Shown: positions 33,301-44,706 of the stretch, in pieces
Layout of the letters: each line of letters begins with the position of its first letter
Numbering within the stretch: position 1 is the first letter of the stretch
NCBI GenBank assembly: GCA_002269645.1
Contig: NIVC01001075.1
Span: 124,001-188,000 of the forward strand
Reading direction: 5' to 3'
DNA from: Macrostomum lignano
Lineage: Eukaryota
DNA length: 64,000 bases
Notes under the pieces: generated by a model
The model's input: only the letters and a program-made list of their open reading frames with translations
Told to the model about the DNA's origin: nothing
The model's database searches: none
Made by a program: the position numbers and the translations under genes

Positions 33301-36300
33301 CAATCCAATCGGCTGCCTCGTCGTCCTTTCCAGCAATGTCGTCTCTCGTAGCATCGTCTGGTTTTGGAACAGTGCTGGGCGCTTTTAGCTCCTCTGGTCT
33401 AATTCCAGAGCTTACACTGCCAGCACCGACAGTTTCATTTTCCTTGCTAGGCAAGGTTTTCGGTAATGTATCTGCTTCCTTGTACTCCAAGCTTTTCTCC
33501 TCTTCTAGAACTTCTTCAAGCGCAGCCTCGGGTAGCTCAGCAGACTCCCCAAAAAAGTCCATATCCTTCGCACTGGCGTCAGGGCCCAGTGATTTACCCG
33601 ATTGCTCTTCAAACGTTGGCATTTCAAACCTCTCAGGCTCCAAAGGCTGTTCGGCTTCTTGAGGTTCGCAGGTCGGTTTCTCAGCTTCTTCAGGCTCCTT
33701 GTGAGTCGGTTTTTCCACCTCTTCAGGGTCCTTGTAGATCGGCTTCTCTGCCTCTTCAGGCTCCTTGTGAGTCGGTTTTTTCACCTCTTCAGGGTCCTTG
33801 TAGGTCGGCTTCTCTGCCTCTTCAGGCTCCTTTTGAGTTGGCTCCTCGACCACCTCGAGTTCTTCATAGGCTGGCTTTTCAGTTTTTTCAAGTTTATTGT
33901 AAGTTAACTCATCGACCTCTTCAGGCTCTTCGTAGGTCAGCTTGTCGATCTCTTCAGGCTCCTTCAGAGTTGGCTTTTCCTCCTCAGGTTCATTTTTAGT
34001 CGGTTTCTCGACCTTCTCAGACTTTTCATGCTGATGTTCGACTACTGACTCAAAACTCTCTTTTTGAATAGAAACCGCTTCCTGATTGGTCAGCCAGTGC
34101 TTACCCTGAAGCGCGCGCATTTCCTGAGCTTCCTCCACTCGACTATTAGATTCGCTGCTATCCCACGAACGAAAAGATACGCTGTGAACTGAACCAGCTA
34201 CTTGTCGAAAGCTATTTTCCTGGTGAATTTCAGTTTTATTCAACGTGCTCACACTCTGAACTGTGCTTTCCTCAAAATGAAGGGACTGTGAATGAGTCTC
34301 CGAAAAATATTGTTGCTGCTCTGAAACTCCAGCTGTTCTCGAAGTCACCTCGGTCAGCAATGAGGTCGAAGTGTCTCCGATAGCTGAGTCCTCAGGAACC
34401 CGGAGCTGCACAGCTAGCATTTCAAATTCATCCAAAACTTCTGACTTAGATTTCAAAGCAGTCCCGAAATTCGAATTGATTTCTGAATGGGCTTTCTCGG
34501 TTGAATAACCCGCCGTGTCATGAATTGGCTCATCAAGAGGATTCTCTTCAGTGTGAACAAGCTCATCCCGAAACTTAAAAACTTCTTCTTCGGCACGAAT
34601 TGATTCTTCTTGACTGTCAAGAACCTTCTCTTCAGTGTTGAGTGCCTTATCGTGAATTGTCTCTTCAGTATGAGCTGGCTCATCGTGCACTTCTGTAACC
34701 TTCTTATCAGTGTGTGCCGGCTCTACATGCACTTCAGGAACCTTCTCTTCGGCATGAGCAGGCTCTTCATGCACTTCAGGAACCTTCTCTTCGGCATGTA
34801 CAGGCTCTTCATGCACTTCAGGAATCTTCTCTTCGGCATGAGCTGGCTCTTTATGCACTTCAGGAGTTTTCTCTTCGGCATGAGCAGGCTCTTCATGCAC
34901 TTCAGGAGTTTTCTCTTCGGCATGAGCTGGCTCTTCATGCGAAACTTCAGTAACCTTCTCTTCGGCATGAGCTGGCTCTTCATGCGAAACTTCAGTAACC
35001 TTCTCTTCGGGGTGAGCTGGCTCTTCGTGCAACACTTCAGTAACCTCTTCGGCGTGAGCTGGCTCTTTCTGCGAAACTTCAGGAATCTTCTGTTCGGCGT
35101 GAGCAGGCTCTTCATGCACTTCAGGAATATTCTCTTCGGCGTGAGCAGGCTCTTTATGCACTTCAGGAACCTCTTCTTCAGCATAAGCAGGCTCTTTATG
35201 CACTTCAGTAACCTTCTCTTCGGCGTGAGCTGGCTCTTCGTGCAACACTTCAGTAACCTTCTCTTCGGCGTGAGCTGACTCTTTGTGCAACACTTCAGTA
35301 ACCTTCTCTTCGGCGTGAGCTGGCTCTTCATGCGAAACTTCAGTAACCTTCTCTTCGGGGTGAGCTGGCTCTTTGTGCAACACTTCAGTAACCTTCTCTT
35401 CGGCGTGAGCTGGCTCTTCATGCGAAACTTCAGTAACCTTCTCTTCGGCGTGAGCAGGCTCTTCATGCGAAACTTCAGTAACCTTCTCTTCGGCGTGAGC
35501 TGGCTCTTCATGCGAAACTTCAGTAACCTTCTCTTCGGCGTGAGCTGGCTCTTCGTGCAACACTTCAGTAACCTTCTCTTCGGCGTGAGCTGGCACTTCA
35601 TGCGAAACTTCAGTAACCTTCTCTTCGGCGTGAGCTGGCTCTTCATGCGAAACTTCAGTAACCTTCTCTTCGGGGTGAGCTGGCTCTTTGTGCAACACTT
35701 CAGGAATCTTCTCTTCGGCATGAGCTGGCTCTTCCTGCACTTCAGGAACCTTCTCTTCGGCGTGAGCTGGCTCTTCATGCGAAACTTCAGGAATCTTCTG
35801 TTCGGCATGAGCAGGCTCTTCATGCACTTCAGGAACCTTCTCTTCAGCGTGAGCTGGCTCTTCGTGCAACAATTCAGTAACCTTCTCTTCGGCGTGAGCT
35901 GACTCTTTCTGCGAAACTTCAGGAATCTTCTGTTCGGCATGAGCAGGCTCTTTATGCACTTCAGGAACCTTCTTTTCGGCGTGAGCAGGCTCTTCATGCA
36001 CTTCAGGAACCTTCTCTTCGGCATGAGCAGGCTCTTCATGCACTTCAGGAACCTTCTCTTCGGCGTAAGCTGGCTCTTCGTGCAACACTTCAGTAACCTT
36101 CTCTTCGGCATGAGCTGGCTCTTCATGCACTTCAGGAACCTTCTTTTCGGCGTGAGCAGGCTCTTCATGTACTTCAGGAATCTTCTCTTCGGCATGAGCT
36201 GGCTCTTCATGCACTTCAGGAACCTTCTCTTCGGCATGAGCAGGCTCTTCATGCACTTCAGGAACCTTCTCTTCGGCATGAGCAGGCTCTTCATGCACTT

Positions 36301-39300
36301 CAGGAACCTTCTCTTCGGCATGAGCTGGCTCTTCATGCGAAACTTCAGTAACCTTCTCTTCGGGGTGAGCTGGCTCTTTGTGCAACACTTCAGTAACCTT
36401 CTCTTCGGCGTGAGCTGGCTCTTCATGCGAAACTTCAGTAACCTTCTCTTCGGGGTGAGCTGGCTCTTCGTGCAACACTTCAGTAACCTTCTCTTCGGCG
36501 TGAGCTGGCTCTTCGTGCAACACTTCAGTAACCTTCTCTTCGGCGTGAGCTGGCTCTTCGTGCAACACTTCAGTAACCTTCTCTTCGGCGTGAGCTGGCT
36601 CTTCATGCGAAACTTCAGTAACCTTCTCTTCGGCGTGAGCTGGCACTTCATGCGAAACTTCAGTAACCTTCTCTTCGGCGTGAGCTGACTCTTCCTGCAC
36701 TTCAAGAGTTTTCTCTTCGGCGTGAGCAGGCTCTTCATGCGAAACTTCAGTAACCTTCTCTTCGGCGTGAGCAGGCTCTTCATGCGAAACTTCAGTAACC
36801 TTCTCTTCGGCGTGAGCTGGCTCTTCATGCGAAACTTCAGTAACCTTCTCTTCGGGGTGAGCTGGCTCTTTGTGCAACACTTCAGTAACCTTCTCTTCGG
36901 CGTGAGCTGGCTCTTCATGCGAAACTTCAGTAACCTTCTCTTCGGCGTGAGCAGGCTCTTCATGCGAAACTTCAGTAACCTTCTCTTCGGCGTGAGCTGG
37001 CTCTTCATGCGAAACTTCAGTAACCTTCTCTTCGGGGTGAGCTGGCTCTTTGTGCAACACTTCAGTAACCTTCTCTTCGGCGTGAGCTGGCTCTTCATGC
37101 GAAACTTCAGTAACCTTCTCTTCGGGGTGAGCTGGCTCTTTGTGCAACACTTCAGTAACCTTCTCTTCGGCGTGAGCTGGCACTTCATGCGAAACTTCAG
37201 TAACCTTCTCTTCGGGGTGAGCTGGCTCTTCGTGCAACACTACAGTAACCTTCTCTTCGGCGTGAGCTGGCACTTCATGCGAAACTTCAGTAACCTTCTC
37301 TTCGGGGTGAGCTGGCTCTTCGTGCAACACTTCAGTAACCTTCTCTTCGGCGTGAGCTGGCACTTCATGCGAAACTTCAGTAACCTTCTCTTCGGCGTGA
37401 GCTGGCTCTTCATGCGAAACTTCAGTAACCTTCTCTTCGGGGTGAGCTGGCTCTTTGTGCAACACTTCAGGAATCTTCTCTTCGGCATGAGCTGGCTCTT
37501 CCTGCACTTCAGGAACCTTCTCTTCGGCGTGAGCTGGCTCTTCATGCGAAACTTCAGGAATCTTCTGTTCGGCATGAGCAGGCTCTTCATGCACTTCAGG
37601 AACCTTCTCTTCAGCGTGAGCTGGCTCTTCGTGCAACAATTCAGTAACCTTCTCTTCGGCGTGAGCTGACTCTTTCTGCGAAACTTCAGGAATCTTCTGT
37701 TCGGCGTGAGCAGGCTCTTCATGCACTTCAGGAACCTTCTGTTCGGCATGAGCAGGCTCTTCATGCACTTCAGGAACCTTCTCTTCGGCATGAGCTGGCT
37801 CTTCCTGCACTTCAGGAACCTTCTCTTCGGCGTAAGCTGGCTCTTCGTGCACTTCAGGAACCTTCTCTTCGGCATGAGCTGGCTCTTCATGCACTTCAGG
37901 AACCTTCTCTTCGGCATGAGCTGGCTCTTTATGCACTTCAAGAGTTTTCTCTTCGGCGTGAGCTGGCTCTTCATGCGAAACTTCAGTAACCTTCTCTTCG
38001 GCGTGAGCTGACTCTTTGTGCAACACTTCAGTAACCTTCTCTTCAGCGTGAGCTGGCTCTTCGTGCAACACTTCAGTAACCTTCTCTTCGGCGTGAGCTG
38101 GCTCTTCATGAGAAACTTCAGTAACCTTCTCTTCGGCGTGAGCTGGCTCTTCATGAGAAACTTCAGTAACCTTCTCTTCGGCGTGAGCTGGCTCTTCATG
38201 CGAAACTTCAGTAACCTTCTCTTCGGCATGAGCTGGCTCTTCATGCGAAACTTCAGTAATCTTCTCTTCGGCGTGAGCTTGCTCTTCGTGCAACACTTCA
38301 GTAACCTTCTCTTCGGCGTGAGCTGGCTCTTCATGCAAAACTTCAGTAATCTTCTCTTCGGCATGAGCTGGCTCTTCGTGCAACACTTCAGTAACCTTCT
38401 CTTCGGCGTGAGCTGGCTCTTCATGCGAAACTTCAGTAACCTTATCTTCGGCGTGAGCTGGCTCTTCGTGCAACACTTCAGGAACCTTCTCTTCGGCGTG
38501 AGCTGGCTCTTCATGCGAAACTTCAGGAATCTTCTGTTCGGCATGAGCAGGCTCTTCATGCACTTCAGGAACCTTCTCTTCAGCGTGAGCTGGCTCTTCG
38601 TGCAACATTTCAGTAACCTTCTCTTCGGCGTGAGCTGGCTCTTCCTGCAACACTTCAGTAACCTTCTCTTCGGCATGAGCAGGCTCTTCATACAAAAATT
38701 CAGTAATATTCTCTTCGGCGTGAGCTGGCTCTTCGTGCAACACTTCAGTAACCTTCTCTTCGGCGTGAGCTGGCTCTTCATGCGAAACTTCAGTAACCTT
38801 CTCTTCGGCGTGAGCTGGCTCTTCGTGCACGCCAGGAACCATTTTAGGAAGATCTGGCTCTACGTGCATTTCTAGAATCTTCTCTTTAGCTGACTCCTCG
38901 TGAAGTTCAGGAGCTTTGTCAGCTTGTAGTGCTTTGTCCTGAAGCTTCTCCATATTTTCTTCTGCATAATCTGGATGAGTTTGGCTAAGCTCTGTGCTTC
39001 TCTTTCTTAGCTGAACTGCAAGAACATTTATTTCCTCTTCCCTTTCGATGTGACGTGCATTGGCTCAGATACAGAATCACTTTGGACCGTCGCTTTCACG
39101 TGTTGAATCCTCTCATCAAGAACCGTCTTCTGATCCAGCCGATCTTGTTTAGTCGGAACAGTCGGTTCGGATGCTTTTTCCTTTTCATGAGTAGTCTGCT
39201 CATCTTGAGCAGGAGTCTGCACCTCCTCCGTCTTAGCCTTCAGCTCTATCGACTCCTCCTCGGTGATTTGCGTCATGCGCTCAGCCAGAGGCGATGCTGC

Positions 39301-40064
39301 CACTGCACCTGCAGCAGCGCTGTTGCCCCAGCTCCCGGAAACTTCTTGTAGGCGTCAACGGGACTCTGCACCGGGCTGTCCAGCTTCTCCTCGATGCGAG
39401 AGTACGCGTACTCAGCGGAGACTAGTCGGGAAAATGCCGCGGCGCCAGCTTGTTGGGCACTCGTCAAATCGTCTTTAGCCGGGCTGACCAGCTCTTCTGG
39501 TCGAATTCCGCCCTCATGGAACAGGCCGCGCCGATCGGCAGCTCCTCGGGCCTGAAGAAGGCGGGCTTTCCAGCAGATGGCGTTTCCTCATCGTCTTCCT
39601 CCTCGCCCTCCGTGGCCGAAGCCGACGTGTAGGATGCCGATGAGGCGCTTTCCAAAAAGACGTCCTCCGAAGCGTCTGCTACCTCTGCATCGGCTGCCTG
39701 TTGGAAACTGATGACTGCGGACGGCGTCTCCTCTACTGGCGTCGGCGCCTCGGAGCCGGTATCAGCGCCAGATATGGAGCGCGTTAGCTCGGAGATCGAT
39801 TTCTCCTCCACCTGGGGCGTCGCATCAGGCGCGTTTAGCGCGTCATCGATGCTGACATGCCGCATCTCGCTGCGAAGGCTCTCTTCGAACTCCATACTGC
39901 GCAGCATAAGCGAGTTCAACGAATGCCGCCGCGTAGCATCGCCTGGTGATTCTGCAGGCGCCGGCACGACGTCGGCTGCCCTGTCGGAAGCTTCCTCGAT
40001 CGCGGACGCTACGGAAGTTGCGTCGGTGGTTGAGCCTGTCGTCTCTGGGCGTCTCGTTGTGTCT
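30316..40064 (-). CDS. ank: Ankyrin giant exon (~9.75 kb, ~3250 aa)
   Basis: 2896-aa ORF 30263-38953, extended upstream through three apparent 1-nt deletions to acceptor ctacag| at 40065; donor GCT G|gtgcgg at 30315. Confidence 0.8.
34650..38830 (-). repeat. Coding tandem repeat, 42/45 bp (EEPAHAEEKVPEVH / EEPAHAEEKVTEVSH)
   Basis: Roughly 90-95 in-frame units visible in DNA and translation. Confidence 0.95.
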
Positions 40065-40232
40065 CTGTAGATTTCGACGGCGGAGAGTAGGGCAGGGTCG
40101 GGTTTAGTGGGAAGCGGAGGGTTAGTGTGTTAAGAGCGGCACAGCAAAAACTTGTTCGTTAGCATGCAAGTTTCAACCCATAAAAACTATACTATAAGTA
40201 GCGCCCACCCCTCTCCATTCTGTGCATGCAGA

Positions 40233-40639
40233 TCAGGCAAGAGGTTCGGCAACTGGAGAACACACGGCAAGACCAGAGCTGCAAGCTTTGCGGGTACCGC
40301 TGTCAGTTGCCCTCGGCCTGGAGAGCTCATCTGGAGTAGAGGAAGACGTTACAGTCGCCGTGCCCGATGCCGACGCCGATGCCGCCTCCATGAGGGCCTC
40401 CCGCCAGGCCTCATCGGATGAAGACGGATCGTCGGCACCCAACAGGGTGTCCTCGCTGGCCCCGGTTGTGATGTCGGTGAAGTCGGCTGAAACAGCCGAC
40501 GAGGCCGTGGTGGATCGGTCAGCGGAGCTATCCGTCCGCTCGCGTCGTCGGCGGAGTCGCGGACGTTGCGAGTCCGGCGTGGCCCAGGTGCCGGAGTCCT
40601 CGCGGGCCTCCGAGGCAGCGGACCTCTGGGACCGACTGT
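40233..40639 (-). CDS. ank: Ankyrin exon (S/T/A-rich); 3' boundary uncertain
   Basis: Acceptor aagcag|, phase 1; reads SRSQRSAASEAREDSGTWATPDS...DEAWREALMEAA; in-frame TGA at 40233, so the real donor lies earlier or this is an alternative end. Confidence 0.6.
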
Positions 40640-41023
40640 CTGCTTGAGCAGCAGTGATTTGCTAGCAAGCTTCAGTCTCAGCCTAAGTGTGTAACTAGCG
40701 ACTTACCGTACTGAACCATTAGAAAATTAATCTTGCCAAAATAGGACATATCAGTTAATGCACAAATAAGATATCTGGAATGCATACTCAATTAGCTAAG
40801 ATGCATGGAGCTTCTGAATGGTTCAAGATTATTTGGTAGGTAATAAATGTACTAAAAATGGATAGATAATTTTCCTGACCAAGACCTTCCAAAGTACGGA
40901 CTGCTCAAGGATCATCAAGGATGGAAGCGAACGCAGATTTTGCATGACGCCGCTGTCCCCAACCACGCTGATCAAGTTTGATTTTCTATACAAAAAAAGT
41001 TAGTAGGGTCTGCGAGTCCTTAC

Positions 41024-41065
41024 TGTCTTCCGCATCTGCAGCATCATCTGGCTCTTCTGCGGCAG
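41024..41065 (-). CDS. ank: Ankyrin 42-nt symmetric exon
   Basis: ttccag|...GAC A|gtaagg, phase 1-1. Confidence 0.7.
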
Positions 41066-41155
41066 CTGGAATAAAATCGATAAAAATCAGTGAAAATATG
41101 TTTCTCACGGATGTGTCAATGCACAATCTCGAAGCAGAAAGTGGAAATCTCTCAC

Positions 41156-41227
41156 CTTCATCAGCAACGCTGGAGGATCTGCGCTGTTCTGCGTGTGCAA
41201 TCCCAACAATTTTCGGTACCTCGACAA
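41156..41227 (-). CDS. ank: Ankyrin 72-nt symmetric exon (VVEVPK)
   Basis: ttccag|...GAA G|gtgaga, phase 1-1. Confidence 0.75.
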
Positions 41228-41338
41228 CTGGAATGGAACACAGCATTCGATTTACGAGGCATGCTTTCGATGTTCTCTATATTCTCTCTTTGTTTAACTG
41301 AACTAGGGACTAATGAACCAATCGCGCGTTCTTCTCAC

Positions 41339-41413
41339 CTTCCTCCGGTGTTCCCGCCTCCGGGGCCATGGACTGGTCCTGATGAACGTCCAACTTGTGT
41401 AGAGTCTCTTCAA
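41339..41413 (-). CDS. ank: Ankyrin 75-nt symmetric exon (QDQSMAPEAGTPEE)
   Basis: tttcag|...GAA G|gtgaga, phase 1-1; paralogous to adjacent exons. Confidence 0.75.
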
Positions 41414-41684
41414 CTGAAATGTTTCAATATCCCATTGACAAGTGAATATGATTGTACTAATGGTAAAAAACCATGACTAACATTTATTGGGGAATAAAGT
41501 ACATTAGCGTTCAGTCAACCGTTTTAAGGGATATTAAATTTTCTTCAGAAACAGCCACCCGTAATTTATTTCTACTTATTCAAGCGTAAAATTCAATTTA
41601 ATTTCATTTATCAAGTCCATTTGAAGCGTGACTAATGATGCATTGCAAAAAATGATGAAGCTATACTGGCTTGTTGAAAATTAC

Positions 41685-41744
41685 CATCAGCTGTGGCCTT
41701 TGGCAGTGCTTGCGCCTGCGTAACCGTCTTTGGCACCTCGACCA
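41685..41744 (-). CDS. ank: Ankyrin 60-nt symmetric exon (VVEVPK)
   Basis: ttgcag|...GAT G|gtaatt, phase 1-1. Confidence 0.75.
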
Positions 41745-41846
41745 CTGCAAATTTTTATTTGACAGTTTGCGCTTAGTTAGAAAAAATTGGTTGGATCGTA
41801 ATCTTTCGACTATAAATACTAGTTTTGTTGTATTAATATCAATTAC

Positions 41847-41927
41847 CTTCTTCCGGTGTTACAGCTTCCGGCGCCATGGACTGGTCCTGAATTGCATCCC
41901 GCTTCTCCAATTTCTCTTCAATAGGAA
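41847..41927 (-). CDS. ank: Ankyrin 81-nt symmetric exon (QDQSMAPEAVTPEE)
   Basis: tttcag|...GAA G|gtaatt, phase 1-1. Confidence 0.75.
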
Positions 41928-42016
41928 CTGAAAAATTATATCGTTATTAACAGTATAATACTACTAACCCAATATAAGTAGTCTAACATGTAAAATTGCT
42001 AAAAAAATTCACGAAC

Positions 42017-42244
42017 CCCCAGCAGCTGTCTCTGGAGGCGTGTGCACCTGGGCTTGCACTTGGCTGATAGACTTTGGTACATCAACAACTTCTTCTGGCG
42101 TTCCAGCCTCCGGCGCCATCGACTGATCGGGACGAGCGTCCAGCCTGGCCAGCAGCTCCTCCACCGCGTTGAGTCCCTCCTTTGCTCGCTTCTCCGGCGA
42201 GCCGGGTGCTTTGCTCGGCTCCACTACAGCCTCATCTACAGACT
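42017..42244 (-). CDS. ank: Ankyrin 228-nt symmetric exon (DQSMAPEAGTPEEVVDVPK)
   Basis: ctccag|...GGG G|gttcgt, phase 1-1. Confidence 0.7.
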
Positions 42245-42500
42245 CTGGAGTTGAGGTGTTGGGGATGATGCGTCAAGTCCGCTAGTTATCACTGGGAACT
42301 ATTTTGATTGTCATATACAGCCATCCTAGTTGACGTAATCTCTATAAAGCAAAACGGTACAGCAATCCGACGTCGATGACAGATATGTACTCTTACACTA
42401 TCTGTCAATGCAATGTAGAAGCACATATTTTTCATCGTCCCCAGGTTACTGCACGAGAAACTAAAAACGATTCGCATCTACCATCCCCCAAAGCACTAAC

Positions 42501-43110
42501 CTTTGTCTTCAAACTCTGAGGTCGTAGCCAACGGCTTCGGCTCAGGTGTCTGTTCCTCCAACGTGCGAACCAACTCCAGATAGGCCTCTGTCTTGGCGCG
42601 CCGTGCGGCTGCCTCCTCGTCGGCGGTGTACGATCGAGCTACGCCGTGCGTCGGATCCACGGCCGCAACCAGTTCGGGCTCATCTGCGGACTCCGCTGGC
42701 GCAGCAACATCCGATGCTGCCCGCGGCGCCGGCCTTGCAGCCTTTGAAATCGGAGGTCCGCTGTAGTCCGGCAGGGCCAATTCCAGAGTGCAGATTGCCG
42801 CAGTCGTCGCGGAGGTCGTCTGCGGCTCGGCCAGGAAGGCGACGCGTCCAGCGGCCGGCTGGTCGGCGTCGCGGGGTCGAGCGCCGCAGGTGAGGCGGTT
42901 TTCTCGGAAAGCACGGACGGTGAAGAACGGCGGCTGCTGTAGCTGGTGCTGCTGCTGGTGATCGAACAGACCGCGAGGCTCGGCCGCCACATGGAAGGCG
43001 GTCAGATTGTCTAAACCTTCTATCCACAACGGCCGACCGTCGAGGATTTCAACTTCGCGCGATTCCGCCTTCCGCTCGAAGCCCTGCGCCGTCTCCAGAG
43101 TTTTGTCCGC
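42501..43110 (-). CDS. ank: Ankyrin UPA domain exon
   Basis: ADKTLETAQGF..SREVEILDGRP..FRENRL..ICTLELALP matches ankyrin UPA; phase 0 to 1. Confidence 0.9.
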
Positions 43111-43389
43111 CTGTTGATTGTTGCGAGTCGCGGCCGTGCATCGATTTTGGTTTGCACTTGAAAGCTAAGCACATTTGGCTAGGTTAGATACTAGATAGAA
43201 AGGATATCCTTCAACGATTACATGTAGAATTATGTCAGGGCCGCTGTACACCCCTTGGCTCCGTAGCTAAATCTCCTTCACAAATTCTTTTTCAAGAAAA
43301 CGAAACTACTAATTTTCACCTTAGTATCAATTGCTAAATCATGTTTGAATCCCTTAGGTTTTATCCCTTCTAATAATCTCTCCCCTTAC

Positions 43390-43857
43390 CCGGTCATCCG
43401 TGATGCAGAGGCAGCGAAGTCGAGCCTCATCCGGGTGAGTCCTCTTGGCGTAGACCACAAAGCGGCCCATGTAGGGCACGGCAGCGGCCTCCCTGTACAG
43501 CTTGCCGGCCATCTCGGCGGCTTCGGCCGGGTTCTGACAGTCGACTAGCCAAAATCTGGCGCTCACCGTTGTAGTGAAAGACACGCTGTCCTTGACGTGG
43601 GACAGCGCTGTAGAACCGGTGATGTCTTCCCAGGTGGCCGGCTGAGCGCCACCAGTGATGCTGCATAGCAGGCGAAGCGTCTGCGACGCGCCCAACCCTG
43701 ACGCCGACGCGGCCGACGGCAGCGGCAGGGTGAGAGTGATCGGCTTGTGAAATTTACGCCGACGCGGCTCGATGGTCACCACCGGGGAGGCGGCGATTCG
43801 ACGCTGGCCAGCGCCGCCGAACAGGCGGGCAGCCGCCTCCGACGGGATCGGGAATAC
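43390..43857 (-). CDS. ank: Ankyrin ZU5-B/UPA exon
   Basis: SPVVTIEPRRRKFHKPIT..WEDITG..SFTTTVSARFWL..VPYMGRFVV. Confidence 0.97.
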
Positions 43858-43877
43858 CTGTAAACGGTTTTGAATAT

Positions 43878-44095
43878 CCGTTGTACTTTTAGGGACTCTT
43901 CTTTGTACTATTAAGGACTCTCTGTTGTACTTTTAAGGACTCTGTTGTACTTTAAGGGACTCTCTGTTGTACTTTTAAGGACTTTCTTTTGTACTTTAGA
44001 GACTCCCTGTTGTACTATTAGGGACTCTCTATTGTACTTTTAATGACCTCACTCTTGTACTTTTAGGGACTCTCTGTTGTACTTTTAGTGACTCT
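43878..44095. repeat. ~21-bp degenerate minisatellite
   Basis: gtacttttagggactctctgtt units. Confidence 0.85.
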
Positions 44096-44258
44096 CTAAA
44101 GCACACACGACAAGCCAGAAGCACTCATTTAAAGACTAAGTATAGGTCAAGTCAGTGCAAGCGCACTCTGGAAAAGGATTAAAAACGCAAGTTGACAGAC
44201 TCCATGGTCCAAAAAAGCTTGACAGAAAAGTGGCACCAATTCAGACGCCAGTTCAAAC

Positions 44259-44562
44259 CTGAACTCCAACTCGAATCTTCTTGGTCAAGGCGCCGTCCGG
44301 GAACACAGACTGGACGCGTCCGTTGGCCAGGCTGGCGCCAATAACGCCGCCCTCCGGACCGATCAGGGCCGCCTCCTGTCGGAGCCGCGTCACCAAGGCG
44401 AAGTACTGCGGCAGGCTGGCAGTCAGGATGCGTACGATGCGCCTCTGGCGCAGCTCTTCGTTGCTCTCCAACGGGCTGCCAAAGAAGCCGCCAATGACGT
44501 CTAGCACAGCCTGCTCGGAGGCCTCAAGAGCGTGCTCTTTCCAGGTTTCACCTGTGTCCGAT
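44259..44562 (-). CDS. ank: Ankyrin ZU5-A/ZU5-B exon
   Basis: SDTGETWKEH..PQYFALVTR..IGPEGG..FPDGALTKKIRVGVQ. Confidence 0.97.
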
Positions 44563-44706
44563 CTGACAGGTACGGGATGTGATGTCTGCACTGTTATGTC
44601 TATGGCCTAACTTTGACAGAGCGAGAGCGAGCACAGTACCCGCAAAGCAGCCGACTATTTAAAATTCATCTTTCTTACTTGAATTTCGTTGGAGATTCGC
44701 TCTCAC

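Noticed and set aside
34610-38875. Long alternative-frame and antisense ORFs (513-821 aa) over the giant repeat
   Set aside because: Shadows of a 42/45-bp coding repeat; only the acidic frame continues into unique flanking sequence.
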